From the NCBI GenBank assembly GCA_963924785.1, contig CAWUTK010000033.1:1-49922 (forward strand): a stretch of DNA of 49,922 bases, written 5' to 3'. The DNA is from an uncultured Opitutales bacterium. GTDB lineage: Bacteria > Verrucomicrobiota > Verrucomicrobiia > Opitutales > CAJWYM01. Positions within the stretch are counted from its first letter, which is position 1. Each line of letters begins with the position of its first letter. The notes beneath the pieces were generated by a model. It did no database searches and was not told the DNA's origin. It was given only the letters and a program-made list of their open reading frames with translations. The translations under genes were made by a program, and so were the position numbers. Of the stretch, positions 1-8,189 are shown in pieces.

Positions 1-481
1 ACTTGGAGACAGTATCAATGGCTTCTTGTGAATTGTCTTGTGGTGTGACAAAGCAGGTACCTTTTTCAAAAAGTTTTTCATCGGCGAATTCCATTCCTGA
101 TTTGTCGGAACCAGCCATTGGGTGCGATCCAATAAATTCAAATCGGTCGTTTGCTACTTTCTTTGCTGAATTACAAATTGCTTGTTTAGTGCTTCCAACA
201 TCAGTGAGAATGGTTCCTTTTTCAACATGAGGAATGATCGCTTCTAGTAAGGGGTGGATGACTGAAACGGGTGGGCAAAGAATGATGAAGTCTGCTTTTT
301 TAACCGCTTCTTCAGGGGTTTCGAAGACGGCGTCGCACCAGTCTTCCTTTAGGCAAGCAGCTCTTGTTTCTGGTCTTCTCGCCCAGATGACCACGTTTTT
401 AGCGAGCTGTTTCGCTTTTATTACTTTAGCCAGCGATGCCCCTAGAAGTCCTGGAGCAATTATTGTGATTTGACTAAACAT
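1..481 (-). CDS. tyrA: prephenate/arogenate dehydrogenase (TyrA family), N-terminal ~160 aa; gene runs off the window edge
   Basis: Absent from the ORF track (no stop in window). Manual reverse-strand translation from ATG 481-479 gives MFSQITIIAPGLLGASLAKVIKAKQLAKNVVIWARRPETRAACLKEDWCDAVFETPEEAVKKADFIILCPPVSVIHPLLEAIIPHVEKGTILTDVGSTKQAICNSAKKVANDRFEFIGSHPMAGSDKSGMEFADEKLFEKGTCFVTPQDNSQEAIDTVSK. It shows a Rossmann-type N-terminus plus the DVGSTK and GSHPMAG motifs typical of prephenate dehydrogenases. Track ORFs 3..230 and 234..473 (+) are its antisense. Confidence 0.8.
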   Translation of the reverse strand, partial: MFSQITIIAPGLLGASLAKVIKAKQLAKNVVIWARRPETRAACLKEDWCDAVFETPEEAVKKADFIILCPPVSVIHPLLEAIIPHVEKGTILTDVGSTKQAICNSAKKVANDRFEFIGSHPMAGSDKSGMEFADEKLFEKGTCFVTPQDNSQEAIDTVSK

Positions 482-495
482 ATTGATTCTAAACT

Positions 496-504
496 TGTTA
501 TAAT
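496..504 (+). promoter_or_regulatory. candidate extended -10 element (TGtTATAAT) in the divergent tyrA / small-ORF intergenic region
   Basis: tgttataat at 496-504, upstream of the + strand small ORFs and the TVP38-family gene. No convincing -35. Pattern match only. Confidence 0.25.
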
Positions 505-561
505 GTGTAAAACGTTCATTATTCGAAAGTATTGAATATTTTCAAGTAAACAAAAAAGCTA

Positions 562-693
562 GTGGATCAACCCGTTGAAATAACACCCGAAGAAAAGGAA
601 AAAGGCGAAAAGGCGAAAAAATTGCTTTTTAGACTAGTGGCTCTTGGCATTATTTTTCCTTTGGTTCTATTTTACTTCGTGGTAATTTTTTAA
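562..693 (+). CDS. possible 43-aa membrane peptide (GTG start), hypothetical
   Basis: Manual translation VDQPVEITPEEKEKGEKAKKLLFRLVALGIIFPLVLFYFVVIF*: charged N-terminus followed by one hydrophobic helix. Below the track length cut-off. No other support. Confidence 0.2.
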   Translation: MDQPVEITPEEKEKGEKAKKLLFRLVALGIIFPLVLFYFVVIF

Positions 694-700
694 AGTGAAA

Positions 701-907
701 ATGTTAAGAAAAAATAGGCAGCCGAAGTTTGGTAAAGCAGGAGAAGCACTCGTTGGCTTAATTATTTTGATCGTAATCTTGAGTATTTGTGCATTGTTGG
801 CAATTCCGGTGTATAATAGTTATTTTAAGAAAGAGACTGAAGTGCCGTTTTTAGACATCCTTGCAGAAGAGCTTGTTGTCCCAAAGGATGAATTGGGCGG
901 AAATTAA
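701..907 (+). CDS. small single-pass membrane protein, hypothetical
   Basis: Track ORF 695..907, with ATG at 701. Basic N-terminus (MLRKNRQPKFGK) then a hydrophobic helix LVGLIILIVILSICALLAIPVY. Loosely pilin-like but lacks the G/FTLxE processing motif. Confidence 0.4.
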   Translation: MLRKNRQPKFGKAGEALVGLIILIVILSICALLAIPVYNSYFKKETEVPFLDILAEELVVPKDELGGN

Positions 908-1622
908 ATCATCGGATAAACTCCGAGGAATATTTTTCAAGTTAATTGCTTTAGGGGTATTAGGTGTGATCGGCCTTGGGGTAGCGTGCTGGTATTTCGA
1001 GTTATCTTTTTTTGACTTAAAGGGTTTTGTTCTCGATCATTTAGGTGAAACGAAGCAATACGCAATGGATAGTAAAGATTATTTGAGAGATCATTCTTGG
1101 ATTTTGTTTATAGCGTTGGTGGTTCTCCCTGGTCTTTTTGTACCCGTAAGTCCTATGTTTCTGCTCAGTGGTCCTGTTTTCGGAGATGGGGAAAATTATT
1201 TTAAGCCGTGTTTGATTGTGAGTGTTGCGTTGGCGTTAAACATTACTTGGACTTATTGGCTGGCAAAATCCCCTTGTCGTAAATTAATAGAATATATGTT
1301 GAAGGGAACGCCGATCGAGTTGCCCGATATGAAAGATGGTGGGTATGTCGGTGTCATTCTTTTTCTAAGAACAACGGTTCCACTGGCTATACAGAATTAC
1401 TTTCTAGGACTTTTAGGTATTCCCTTTAAGCCGTATTTTTTCATTTCGATGCCACCCCTTATCATTGTTGGTTGCGTTTATGTGGTATTAGGAGACGCTG
1501 TTTTTCAAGGTGACGGGAAGTTGCTTTTAACAGGCATGCTGGCTTTAGGTGTGGTCTCCGGGATATCGAGTTTTATTCATAGGAAATTTGCCAAAAAGAA
1601 AGTGGCTAAAATCGCAGAGTAA
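888..1622 (+). CDS. TVP38/TMEM64 (DedA-related) family inner-membrane protein
   Basis: Track ORF 861..1622 (TTG start); the in-frame ATG at 888 avoids most of the overlap with the upstream ORF. Multi-TM protein with VPVSPMFLLSGPVFG and LRTTVPLAIQNYFLGLLG (R-x-x-P-x4-N-x3-G), characteristic of the DedA/TVP38 family. Confidence 0.8.
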   Translation: MNWAEIKSSDKLRGIFFKLIALGVLGVIGLGVACWYFELSFFDLKGFVLDHLGETKQYAMDSKDYLRDHSWILFIALVVLPGLFVPVSPMFLLSGPVFGDGENYFKPCLIVSVALALNITWTYWLAKSPCRKLIEYMLKGTPIELPDMKDGGYVGVILFLRTTVPLAIQNYFLGLLGIPFKPYFFISMPPLIIVGCVYVVLGDAVFQGDGKLLLTGMLALGVVSGISSFIHRKFAKKKVAKIAE

Positions 1623-1716
1623 TTATTTGGGTCAAATATTTAGTGAACAAAAGAACCGTCTCTGTTTGACAATGATCAAAATTAGTTTCGAATAGTTTTT
1701 TCAGCCAATTCCCATT

Positions 1717-3093
1717 ATGTTTTTTAAGCCTTCACTTCCCTTTGTTTCAGATTCTTCTCGAATTCACTATTCGGAGTTTAAAGAGAAATTATTGGATAGA
1801 TTGCTGTTTACTTTGATGATAACCATCGCCCCTGTTTATTTACTCGTAGTTAACCGCTCAGTAATTACAGGTTGGACTCCCGTTCATACCTTTCAGTCAT
1901 TTCTGTTTTTATTTTTTATCTCTATTACTTTGTTTAGAAAAAAAATCGTCTATACGGTTAAAGCTTATTTTTTAATAGGATTTTGGATATTGCTTCTTAT
2001 TGCGGGTTTTTATCGGTGGGGACTGTATGGAGCAGCGCCAATTGGTTTAGTTGTTATACCTGTTTATGCATTAGCTTTTTTACAAAGAAAAGAAGCGGTC
2101 ATTGTTTCTTTTCTTTGTATTTTCATCAGTGTTTCTTTTGGTTTATTGTATTCGAATAGGATGATTGAACCCTTACTTGTAGGGGAGGGGTATATATTCT
2201 CGGGCAAGTTCTGGGGGGTTATCGTTGGTGCTTCTTCTATGTTCATTATCTCTATTATTTATATTTTGGGAGAGTCTTTTAATGAATTGATCAGTCTTAT
2301 TAATCAGGTGGCTAAAACGAAAAATGATTATCTTTTATTGAATAATAGTTTGGAGCGGAAGGTCGCGGATCGGACAGATCAGCTAGATGAAGCTTTACGC
2401 ACAAAAAACGATGAACTGGCAATTGTTATTCATGATATACGAAGTCCTATTGGGACCATAAGGTCTATTGGACAACTTCTTGATAAACGAGTCAGGCAAG
2501 AGTCCTATGATGCGATTCCTAAGCTAAGTGGTTATATTCAAGAGGCCACTGATAAGGCATTGGCGATGGTTAATGACTTAATGGTAGAGGAAAAGGAGCG
2601 GAGTAAAGATGATTTAGCGGCTTTTGATTCTGTGGATTTAGAGAGCCTGTTAAACGAAGTGGTCGTGTCTCAACAGTATGCTGCGGTTGAGAAAAATATT
2701 AAGGTATATTCTACTGATTTCACTCAGAAAGTGACGGTTCGGGTAGAGGAAGTTCGTTTTAGTCGAGTGCTTGAAAATCTTGTTGGAAATGCTATTAAGT
2801 TTTCTAAAAACGATAGTGAAGTTAATATAACTCATTTGGTGGATGAGGAGTTTATCACTTTATCTATTAAGGATCGAGGGGTGGGTATTCCGGAAGATCT
2901 TCAGAAGTATTTATTTCATAAAAATTCCAAAGCAGGCCGTTCGGGAACGAGTGGAGAAATATCTAGTGGACTTGGCCTGTATATCGCGAAAAAAATCGTT
3001 GAAGAATACCAGGGTGAAATTGGTTTCGAGAGTGTAGAGAACCAAGGCGCGACTTTCTTTGTCAAACTGCCAATCGTTAGGACGACGGAGTAG
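1717..3093 (+). CDS. membrane-bound sensor histidine kinase (HisKA + HATPase_c), no cognate regulator adjacent
   Basis: About 190-aa multi-TM N-terminus, a coiled linker, H-box IVIHDIRSPIGTI, N-box LVGNAIKFS, G-boxes DRGVGIP and GLGLYIAKKIV. Confidence 0.85.
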   Translation: MFFKPSLPFVSDSSRIHYSEFKEKLLDRLLFTLMITIAPVYLLVVNRSVITGWTPVHTFQSFLFLFFISITLFRKKIVYTVKAYFLIGFWILLLIAGFYRWGLYGAAPIGLVVIPVYALAFLQRKEAVIVSFLCIFISVSFGLLYSNRMIEPLLVGEGYIFSGKFWGVIVGASSMFIISIIYILGESFNELISLINQVAKTKNDYLLLNNSLERKVADRTDQLDEALRTKNDELAIVIHDIRSPIGTIRSIGQLLDKRVRQESYDAIPKLSGYIQEATDKALAMVNDLMVEEKERSKDDLAAFDSVDLESLLNEVVVSQQYAAVEKNIKVYSTDFTQKVTVRVEEVRFSRVLENLVGNAIKFSKNDSEVNITHLVDEEFITLSIKDRGVGIPEDLQKYLFHKNSKAGRSGTSGEISSGLGLYIAKKIVEEYQGEIGFESVENQGATFFVKLPIVRTTE

Positions 3094-3120
3094 CGATTGG
3101 GGGGCCTGTGCGACTTTAAA

Positions 3121-4965
3121 CTATAATTGAGATAGATCTCTGACCGCACCTTTATCTGCACTCGTTGTGAGTTTAGCATAGGCTCTCAGTGCAGGAGTAA
3201 CGACGCGATCCCGATCAATAGGTTGCCAAGCTTTGTCGCCTTTAGACTCCATTGCTTTTTGTCTGTCAGCAAGAGCCTTATCGCTGATTTCAACATCGAT
3301 ACTTCTGTTTGGAATATCAATGGCGATAATGTCTCCATCTTCGACTAAAGCAATCGGGCCACCGCAGCCAGCTTCGGGAGAAACATGACCAATTGATAAA
3401 CCGGATGTTCCGCCGGAGAATCTCCCATCTGTTACTAGTGCGCAAAGTTTGCCTAGTTTCTTGGACTTAAGATACGTAGTGGGGTAAAGCATTTCTTGCA
3501 TTCCAGGGCCACCTTTTGGGCCTTCATAGCGAATAAGAACGACATCTCCTGGAGCGATTTTATCACCAAGAATACCCTCGCATGCATCGTCCTGGCTTTC
3601 GAATATACGAGCGGTTCCCTTGAATTTTAAAATAGATTCGTCCACACCAGCGGTTTTAACAATGCAGCCGTCGGGTGCAATGTTACCCGTTAAAACAGCA
3701 AGTCCACCATCTTGGCTGTAGGCATGGTCTTTACTGCGAATACAACCCCCTTCACGGTCCTCATCAAGCGAATCCCATTGTTTGTTTTGGGAGAAGGCTT
3801 CTACGGTTGCGACATTCCCGGGAGCCGCCATATATAGTTCGCGAGCCTCTGTGTTTTCTTTGTTTAGGATATCCCATTTATTGATAGACTCTTCGATTGT
3901 GTTACAATGAACGGTTGAGCAATTTTTATTGATTAAGCCCGCCTTGTTTAGTTCTGAAAGGATTCCCATTACACCCCCTGCACGATGAACGTCTTCCATA
4001 TGATAGAGTTCAGTTGAGGGTGCTACTTTACATAGATTTGGAACTCGGCGTGAAATTTCATCAATATGGCTCATATTGAAATCTACTTCTGCTGATTGAG
4101 CCGCTGCGAGCAAATGAAGGACGGTATTTGTGGACCCACCCATAGCCACATCCAAGGTCATCGCATTTTGAAAGGCATCGAAATTTGCAACGGATCGCGG
4201 TAGGACGGATTCGTCATCTTGCTGATAGTATCGTTTTGTTATATCGACTATTGTTCTCGCTGCTTCAAGGAATAGTTCTTTTCTGTCTGCGTGTGTTGCT
4301 AGAAGTGAGCCATTGCCAGGTAAGCTTAAGCCAAGGGCCTCGTTCAAGCAGTTCATTGAATTTGCGGTGAACATGCCCGAACATGAACCACACGTAGGGC
4401 AAGCACTTCGCTCCATAGCTAAGCTATCCTCGTCGCTGACTGTTGGATCGGCTCCTGCCATCATGGCGTTAACTAAATCAAGCTTTTGTTCTACACCCCC
4501 AATAATAGCTTTTCCTGATTCCATCGGGCCACCTGAAATAAACACAGTTGGTATGTTTAATCGCAAGGATGCCATTAACATGCCTGGCGTAATTTTGTCG
4601 CAATTTGAAATACAGATAAGCGCATCCGCGCAATGTGCATTCGCCATATACTCAACAGAGTCAGCGATCAGTTCGCGAGAGGGTAGGCTGTAAAGCATTC
4701 CGCTGTGTCCCATTGCGATACCATCATCTACTGCAATAGTGTGGAACTCTCGGCCAATGCCACCTGCTTTCCCGATTTCTTTCGCAACCATTTGGCCTAG
4801 GTCTTTTAAGTGAACGTGGCCGGGAACGAATTGGGTGAAGGAATTGGCAATGGCAATAATGGGTTTCCCAAAGTCTTCTTCTTTGACGCCAGTTGCTCTC
4901 CAAAGAGCGCGTGCGCCCGCCATGTTTCTTCCCTTAGTTGTCGTGTCTGATCGGTATGCTGGCAT
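3121..4965 (-). CDS. ilvD: dihydroxy-acid dehydratase
   Basis: 614-aa full-length match to the IlvD/Edd family pattern: [46 protein letters not shown]. Confidence 0.97.
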   Translation of the reverse strand: MPAYRSDTTTKGRNMAGARALWRATGVKEEDFGKPIIAIANSFTQFVPGHVHLKDLGQMVAKEIGKAGGIGREFHTIAVDDGIAMGHSGMLYSLPSRELIADSVEYMANAHCADALICISNCDKITPGMLMASLRLNIPTVFISGGPMESGKAIIGGVEQKLDLVNAMMAGADPTVSDEDSLAMERSACPTCGSCSGMFTANSMNCLNEALGLSLPGNGSLLATHADRKELFLEAARTIVDITKRYYQQDDESVLPRSVANFDAFQNAMTLDVAMGGSTNTVLHLLAAAQSAEVDFNMSHIDEISRRVPNLCKVAPSTELYHMEDVHRAGGVMGILSELNKAGLINKNCSTVHCNTIEESINKWDILNKENTEARELYMAAPGNVATVEAFSQNKQWDSLDEDREGGCIRSKDHAYSQDGGLAVLTGNIAPDGCIVKTAGVDESILKFKGTARIFESQDDACEGILGDKIAPGDVVLIRYEGPKGGPGMQEMLYPTTYLKSKKLGKLCALVTDGRFSGGTSGLSIGHVSPEAGCGGPIALVEDGDIIAIDIPNRSIDVEISDKALADRQKAMESKGDKAWQPIDRDRVVTPALRAYAKLTTSADKGAVRDLSQL

Positions 4966-5330
4966 AAGATTGTCTTTGTTAGATATTAAAAAATGTGTTT
5001 AATATTAGTTCGGCTGAATGAATCAAGGCTTATCGTTTCAGAATGAAAAATGTTTCTCAAGCTTGAATTATAGAATGCCTTGAATGTTCAGTATTTGATT
5101 GCGCGGCAGGTAGTAGTTGTTCTTTTCGGATAGAAACAGGGTAAAAATAGGATACTTTTGGGAAAAAGTAATTGTTAAATCGGGATTAAAAGACCCATTT
5201 TGCGGGATAAATTCACGCTTATGGACTGCTGCCATTTTTAGCTTATATTATTCTTTTGCAATTGGTTATGATGATCTGAATTGTTTATTTTTAGGTATTT
5301 TTCATGTAAATTTGACTATGGGGTAAAAAG

Positions 5331-5627
5331 ATGCATGTTAAACTTATGGTAAGTGATTATACTGGTTACGATATAGAATTTGAATGTTCGATTGGCAATG
5401 GGAAGCTTATGCGTGAAATAAAGGAACAGTGTGAGAGAGAGTATTCGGGCGCAAAGACTATTTGGCACTATACGGAATCGGCAGCTGATGTTCGTTTGTT
5501 GAGAGCTCATGTTCCACATAGCCATCCATTGGCTACAGTGGAGGAGATTAGTCCTGAAGGTGATGTCATTCAATCATTGGGAAATAGAATGTTTATGAAT
5601 CAGATTAAAGCCAAATTAGGCTTATAG
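5331..5627 (+). CDS. hypothetical protein (98 aa)
   Basis: Open frame with ATG start, same strand as and 28 nt upstream of the LuxR-type gene. No recognisable motif. Confidence 0.4.
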   Translation: MHVKLMVSDYTGYDIEFECSIGNGKLMREIKEQCEREYSGAKTIWHYTESAADVRLLRAHVPHSHPLATVEEISPEGDVIQSLGNRMFMNQIKAKLGL

Positions 5628-5655
5628 TATTAAAATTGAAAATAGGAGGAGTATT

Positions 5656-5976
5656 ATGAATATGAAGATTAAGAAAAATATAGAAGATGCAGGCGTTAGG
5701 GCTGGAATTCAGGAATATTTGGATGAGCTGACTTCAGTGGAGGTCACGTTAACAAGACGGGAGCATGAGCTAATGGAGTTCTTTGCCTTAGGTATGGGGA
5801 ATGAGCGAATCGCGAAATTGATAGGACTTGTTCCGAAATCAGTTCAACGGCATAGGCAAGCAATAATGGATAAAGTGAATAGGGTTTCTGATTTTAAATT
5901 TAACAGTAAATTGTTAATGGTGTGGGGTCGTGCTTGCGGTTATGGAAGTTCTTTTGACGATGATGTGACAGGTTAG
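5656..5976 (+). CDS. stand-alone LuxR/GerE-type helix-turn-helix protein
   Basis: Strong SD (aggagga, 5645-5651) before the ATG. LTRREHELMEFFALGMGNERIAKLIGLVPKSVQRHRQAIMDKV matches the GerE/LuxR HTH. No receiver or ligand domain. Confidence 0.7.
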   Translation: MNMKIKKNIEDAGVRAGIQEYLDELTSVEVTLTRREHELMEFFALGMGNERIAKLIGLVPKSVQRHRQAIMDKVNRVSDFKFNSKLLMVWGRACGYGSSFDDDVTG

Positions 5977-6143
5977 GTTGTTTTACTTTTGGCTCGCCCT
6001 TTCTGCTGAATGCCTATTTTTTGTTTCCGTAATGTAGTGCCATAGGTAATCTTGCTTGTGTGCAAATGACGAAAGATTCTTAAATCCACTCAACAGCCGA
6101 TGAAATATTTAGGGTTTCTCACTTCTTTTAGTTCTTTGGAATA

Positions 6144-6539
6144 ATGAAAACGGTACTTTACGATGGTGAATGTGGTTTTTGTAATTCATCGGTCACGTTT
6201 ATTTGGAAGAGGGATCCCAATGCAATATTTACATTTGCAACAATTCAGTCGTGTAAAGGACAGAAGTTATTGAAAGCCAGAGGTGTTTTTAATTCTGATC
6301 TTGATACTTTTTACTTACTTGATGGAGATCGCGTCTTTGTAAAGGGTGATGCCGCTTTCCGAGTGGGTATGTGTTTGGAAGGGTGGTCGTTTATCGCAAA
6401 ATTATTAAACTGGCTGCCGAGTTGTATAAAAAATGGGCAGTATGATATAATTGCACGAAACCGCAGTAGATTCAGTTCGAAGAAGAAGTGTTTGATTCCA
6501 CCGATTGAAATAAGGGATCGGTTTTTGGATCTAGATTAA
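6144..6539 (+). CDS. DCC-family thiol-disulfide oxidoreductase (DUF393)
   Basis: N-terminal YDGECGFCN motif (DxxCxxC) and ~130 aa size typical of the DCC1-like family. Confidence 0.8.
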   Translation: MKTVLYDGECGFCNSSVTFIWKRDPNAIFTFATIQSCKGQKLLKARGVFNSDLDTFYLLDGDRVFVKGDAAFRVGMCLEGWSFIAKLLNWLPSCIKNGQYDIIARNRSRFSSKKKCLIPPIEIRDRFLDLD

Positions 6540-6628
6540 AAAAGTAGTAATGTGAAAGTTGTTTTAAGCGTGCTTTCATGAACAACTAACGCTTGCGATA
6601 ATTATAACTATTCTTATATTTCTTAATT

Positions 6629-7282
6629 ATGAAAGTTACAACGAATGTATTTAAGCAAACGGGAAGTGTCTCGAAAGGGGAGATTTCAGCGAACACCTTT
6701 AACCTTGTGATCGGAGCCTGTCTAACATGGGGCTTTGGATTATCTGCGATTTTGGCAAAAACTTTTGCTAATGTGGACTTTGGGATTATGGGAATAATTA
6801 TCTATTTTGTCTGCGTGTTCGTTGGTATTACGATGGCGACAAAAAGCGACAATCCTGCTATTTCATTTCTTGGTTTTAATTTCATTGTTGTGCCTATGGG
6901 CGTGATGATTGGGCCATTCGTTGCAAGTTTTCATCCGCAACTTGTGTATCAAGCGATTCTATTAACGGCTGGAACAACAGTAACAATGATGATGATCGGG
7001 ACGGTGTTCCCTGTGTTTGCAAGAAGTATCGGCGGGGTTTTGTTCGTGGCCTTAATTGGACTAGTGATTGGCCATATCGTTTGTATGTTTATGGGAATCG
7101 CCCCTATTTGGATGGCTTATTTAGGAGCAGCCATTTTTTCACTTAAAATTGCCCATGATTGGAGAAAGGCACAAGACGTACCTAGAACCGTTGATAATGC
7201 AGTCGATGTCTCAGTTGAGTTATTCTTGGATATTATAAATTTATTTCTATCTTTATTAAGAATTCTTGGTTCTAGGAATTAA
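6629..7282 (+). CDS. Bax inhibitor-1 / YccA family membrane protein
   Basis: About 7 TM segments and the family-typical C-terminus ELFLDIINLFLSLLRILG. Confidence 0.75.
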   Translation: MKVTTNVFKQTGSVSKGEISANTFNLVIGACLTWGFGLSAILAKTFANVDFGIMGIIIYFVCVFVGITMATKSDNPAISFLGFNFIVVPMGVMIGPFVASFHPQLVYQAILLTAGTTVTMMMIGTVFPVFARSIGGVLFVALIGLVIGHIVCMFMGIAPIWMAYLGAAIFSLKIAHDWRKAQDVPRTVDNAVDVSVELFLDIINLFLSLLRILGSRN

Positions 7283-7479
7283 CCATTAAATTATTCCGGT
7301 TGGTAAAATCGGAGAGGAGTGAAGTTTGGTTGCTTGATCTGCGGTAAAACTCTGATTGCAACTGCACTTAAATTACAGCTGTTTAAGGATTTAAGTATAT
7401 CTCATTTTCTAACTTGCCATTTATACCTAAATTTCCTTTCATAACCGCCTAAATTCATATATTTGAATTTATTAGACTC

Positions 7480-7571
7480 GGAGAGGTGGCAGAGTGGTCT
7501 AATGCGCTAGTTTGCTAAACTGGTGACTGGAGAAATCCGGTCCGGGGGTTCGAATCCCCCTCTCTCCGCCA
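7480..7571 (+). tRNA. tRNA-Ser (anticodon GCT), CCA encoded
   Basis: Hand-folded cloverleaf. Acceptor stem GGAGAGG/TCTCTCC, anticodon stem CTAGT/ACTGG with loop TTGCTAA, long variable arm CTGGA-GAAA-TCCGG (class II tRNA), T-arm GGGGG-TTCGAAT-CCCCC, discriminator G, then CCA. Confidence 0.93.
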
Positions 7572-7704
7572 TTTAAGTTTGACGTAGTCGAAATTAAATA
7601 AGGAAAGATAGGGGAGATGAGAACCCCTCGGGGTTTGACGAAGCGAATGCAGTGAGCGAAGAAGGGCGAACCCTTTAGGTTCGGGATGAAGGTCCTGAGC
7701 ACAG

Positions 7705-7729
7705 CGAATCAACCCCCCTCTCTCCGCCA
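7705..7729 (+). repeat. direct repeat of the tRNA-Ser 3' end (att-like)
   Basis: cgaatcaacccccctctctccgcca here versus cgaatccccctctctccgcca at 7551-7571. The terminal 16 nt ccccctctctccgcca are identical (7556-7571 = 7714-7729). Confidence 0.7.
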
Positions 7730-8189
7730 ATTTTATATAGTGCTTATTATTCAGGAAGTTATAAGATATAGGAATACCGCAATACCCTTAATTGGAGGTG
7801 CTTTTCCAATCAGATTTCCAAGTGTAACGCTGGGAGACGTCGATGTTTTATTAATTTTAATTTAGTCAGATACTTGATTTCCTGCAATTTTCTTTGATAG
7901 GCCTTTTTCTTTTCTTGATTAACGCCTTCACCTAGAGTGCTAATTCCGCTTAATTCTAAACCGATAGTTTTTGTATGAGTATCATTATTAATTTCGATAT
8001 ATCTATATTGGATGATAGAGTTCTCCCTTGATTAATTAGCCTAAAGAAGTAATTGCATACTGGGATGATAGGGAACAATATTAATGATAGCTTAAACTTC
8101 ATGTGAAATTATTAAGGGAGAGCTCGCCTTTTATTTTGCGTATGTTTCCGCCCTAAATCAATAAACATTAACCTCAAATCAAATTATAC

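Noticed and set aside
3-473. Track ORFs 3..230 and 234..473 on the + strand
   Set aside because: They are antisense to a clearly recognisable tyrA N-terminus read on the minus strand and have no motifs of their own.
695-907. Possible type IV pilin or pseudopilin (hydrophobic N-terminal helix after a basic leader)
   Set aside because: It lacks the G-(F/M)-T-L-x-E prepilin peptidase motif in the right register (it reads FGKAGEALVG), and there are no pilus genes nearby.
562-1000. Similarity between the 43-aa ORF (KKLLFRLVALGIIFPLVLFYF) and the N-terminus of the TVP38-family protein (KLRGIFFKLIALGVLGVIGL), considered as a partial gene duplication
   Set aside because: The resemblance is only the generic basic-then-hydrophobic composition. 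The DNA sequences do not align.
4313-4693. 126-aa + strand ORF inside ilvD
   Set aside because: It is antisense to a full-length, highly conserved ilvD frame. This is a typical shadow ORF.
5117-5326. 69-aa TTG-start ORF in the ilvD upstream region
   Set aside because: No SD and no motif, and it lies in an AT-rich intergenic zone that probably holds divergent promoters.
7499-7730. Minus-strand track ORFs 7499..7702 and 7515..7730
   Set aside because: They run through the tRNA-Ser gene and the tRNA-end repeat, so they are artefacts of a stop-free stretch.
7606-7730. tmRNA or second tRNA (GGGG... start, ...CTCTCCGCCA end)
   Set aside because: It is far too short for a tmRNA, and no cloverleaf can be folded. 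Only the last ~20 nt resemble the tRNA.
7860-8035. ~73-codon stop-free minus-strand frame (…GLELSGISTLGEGVNQEKKKAYQRKLQEIKYL…) in the gene-free zone after the tRNA, considered as an integrase or island-gene remnant
   Set aside because: No start codon and no recognisable motif, so it cannot be supported beyond being open. It is mentioned only as a target for TBLASTN.
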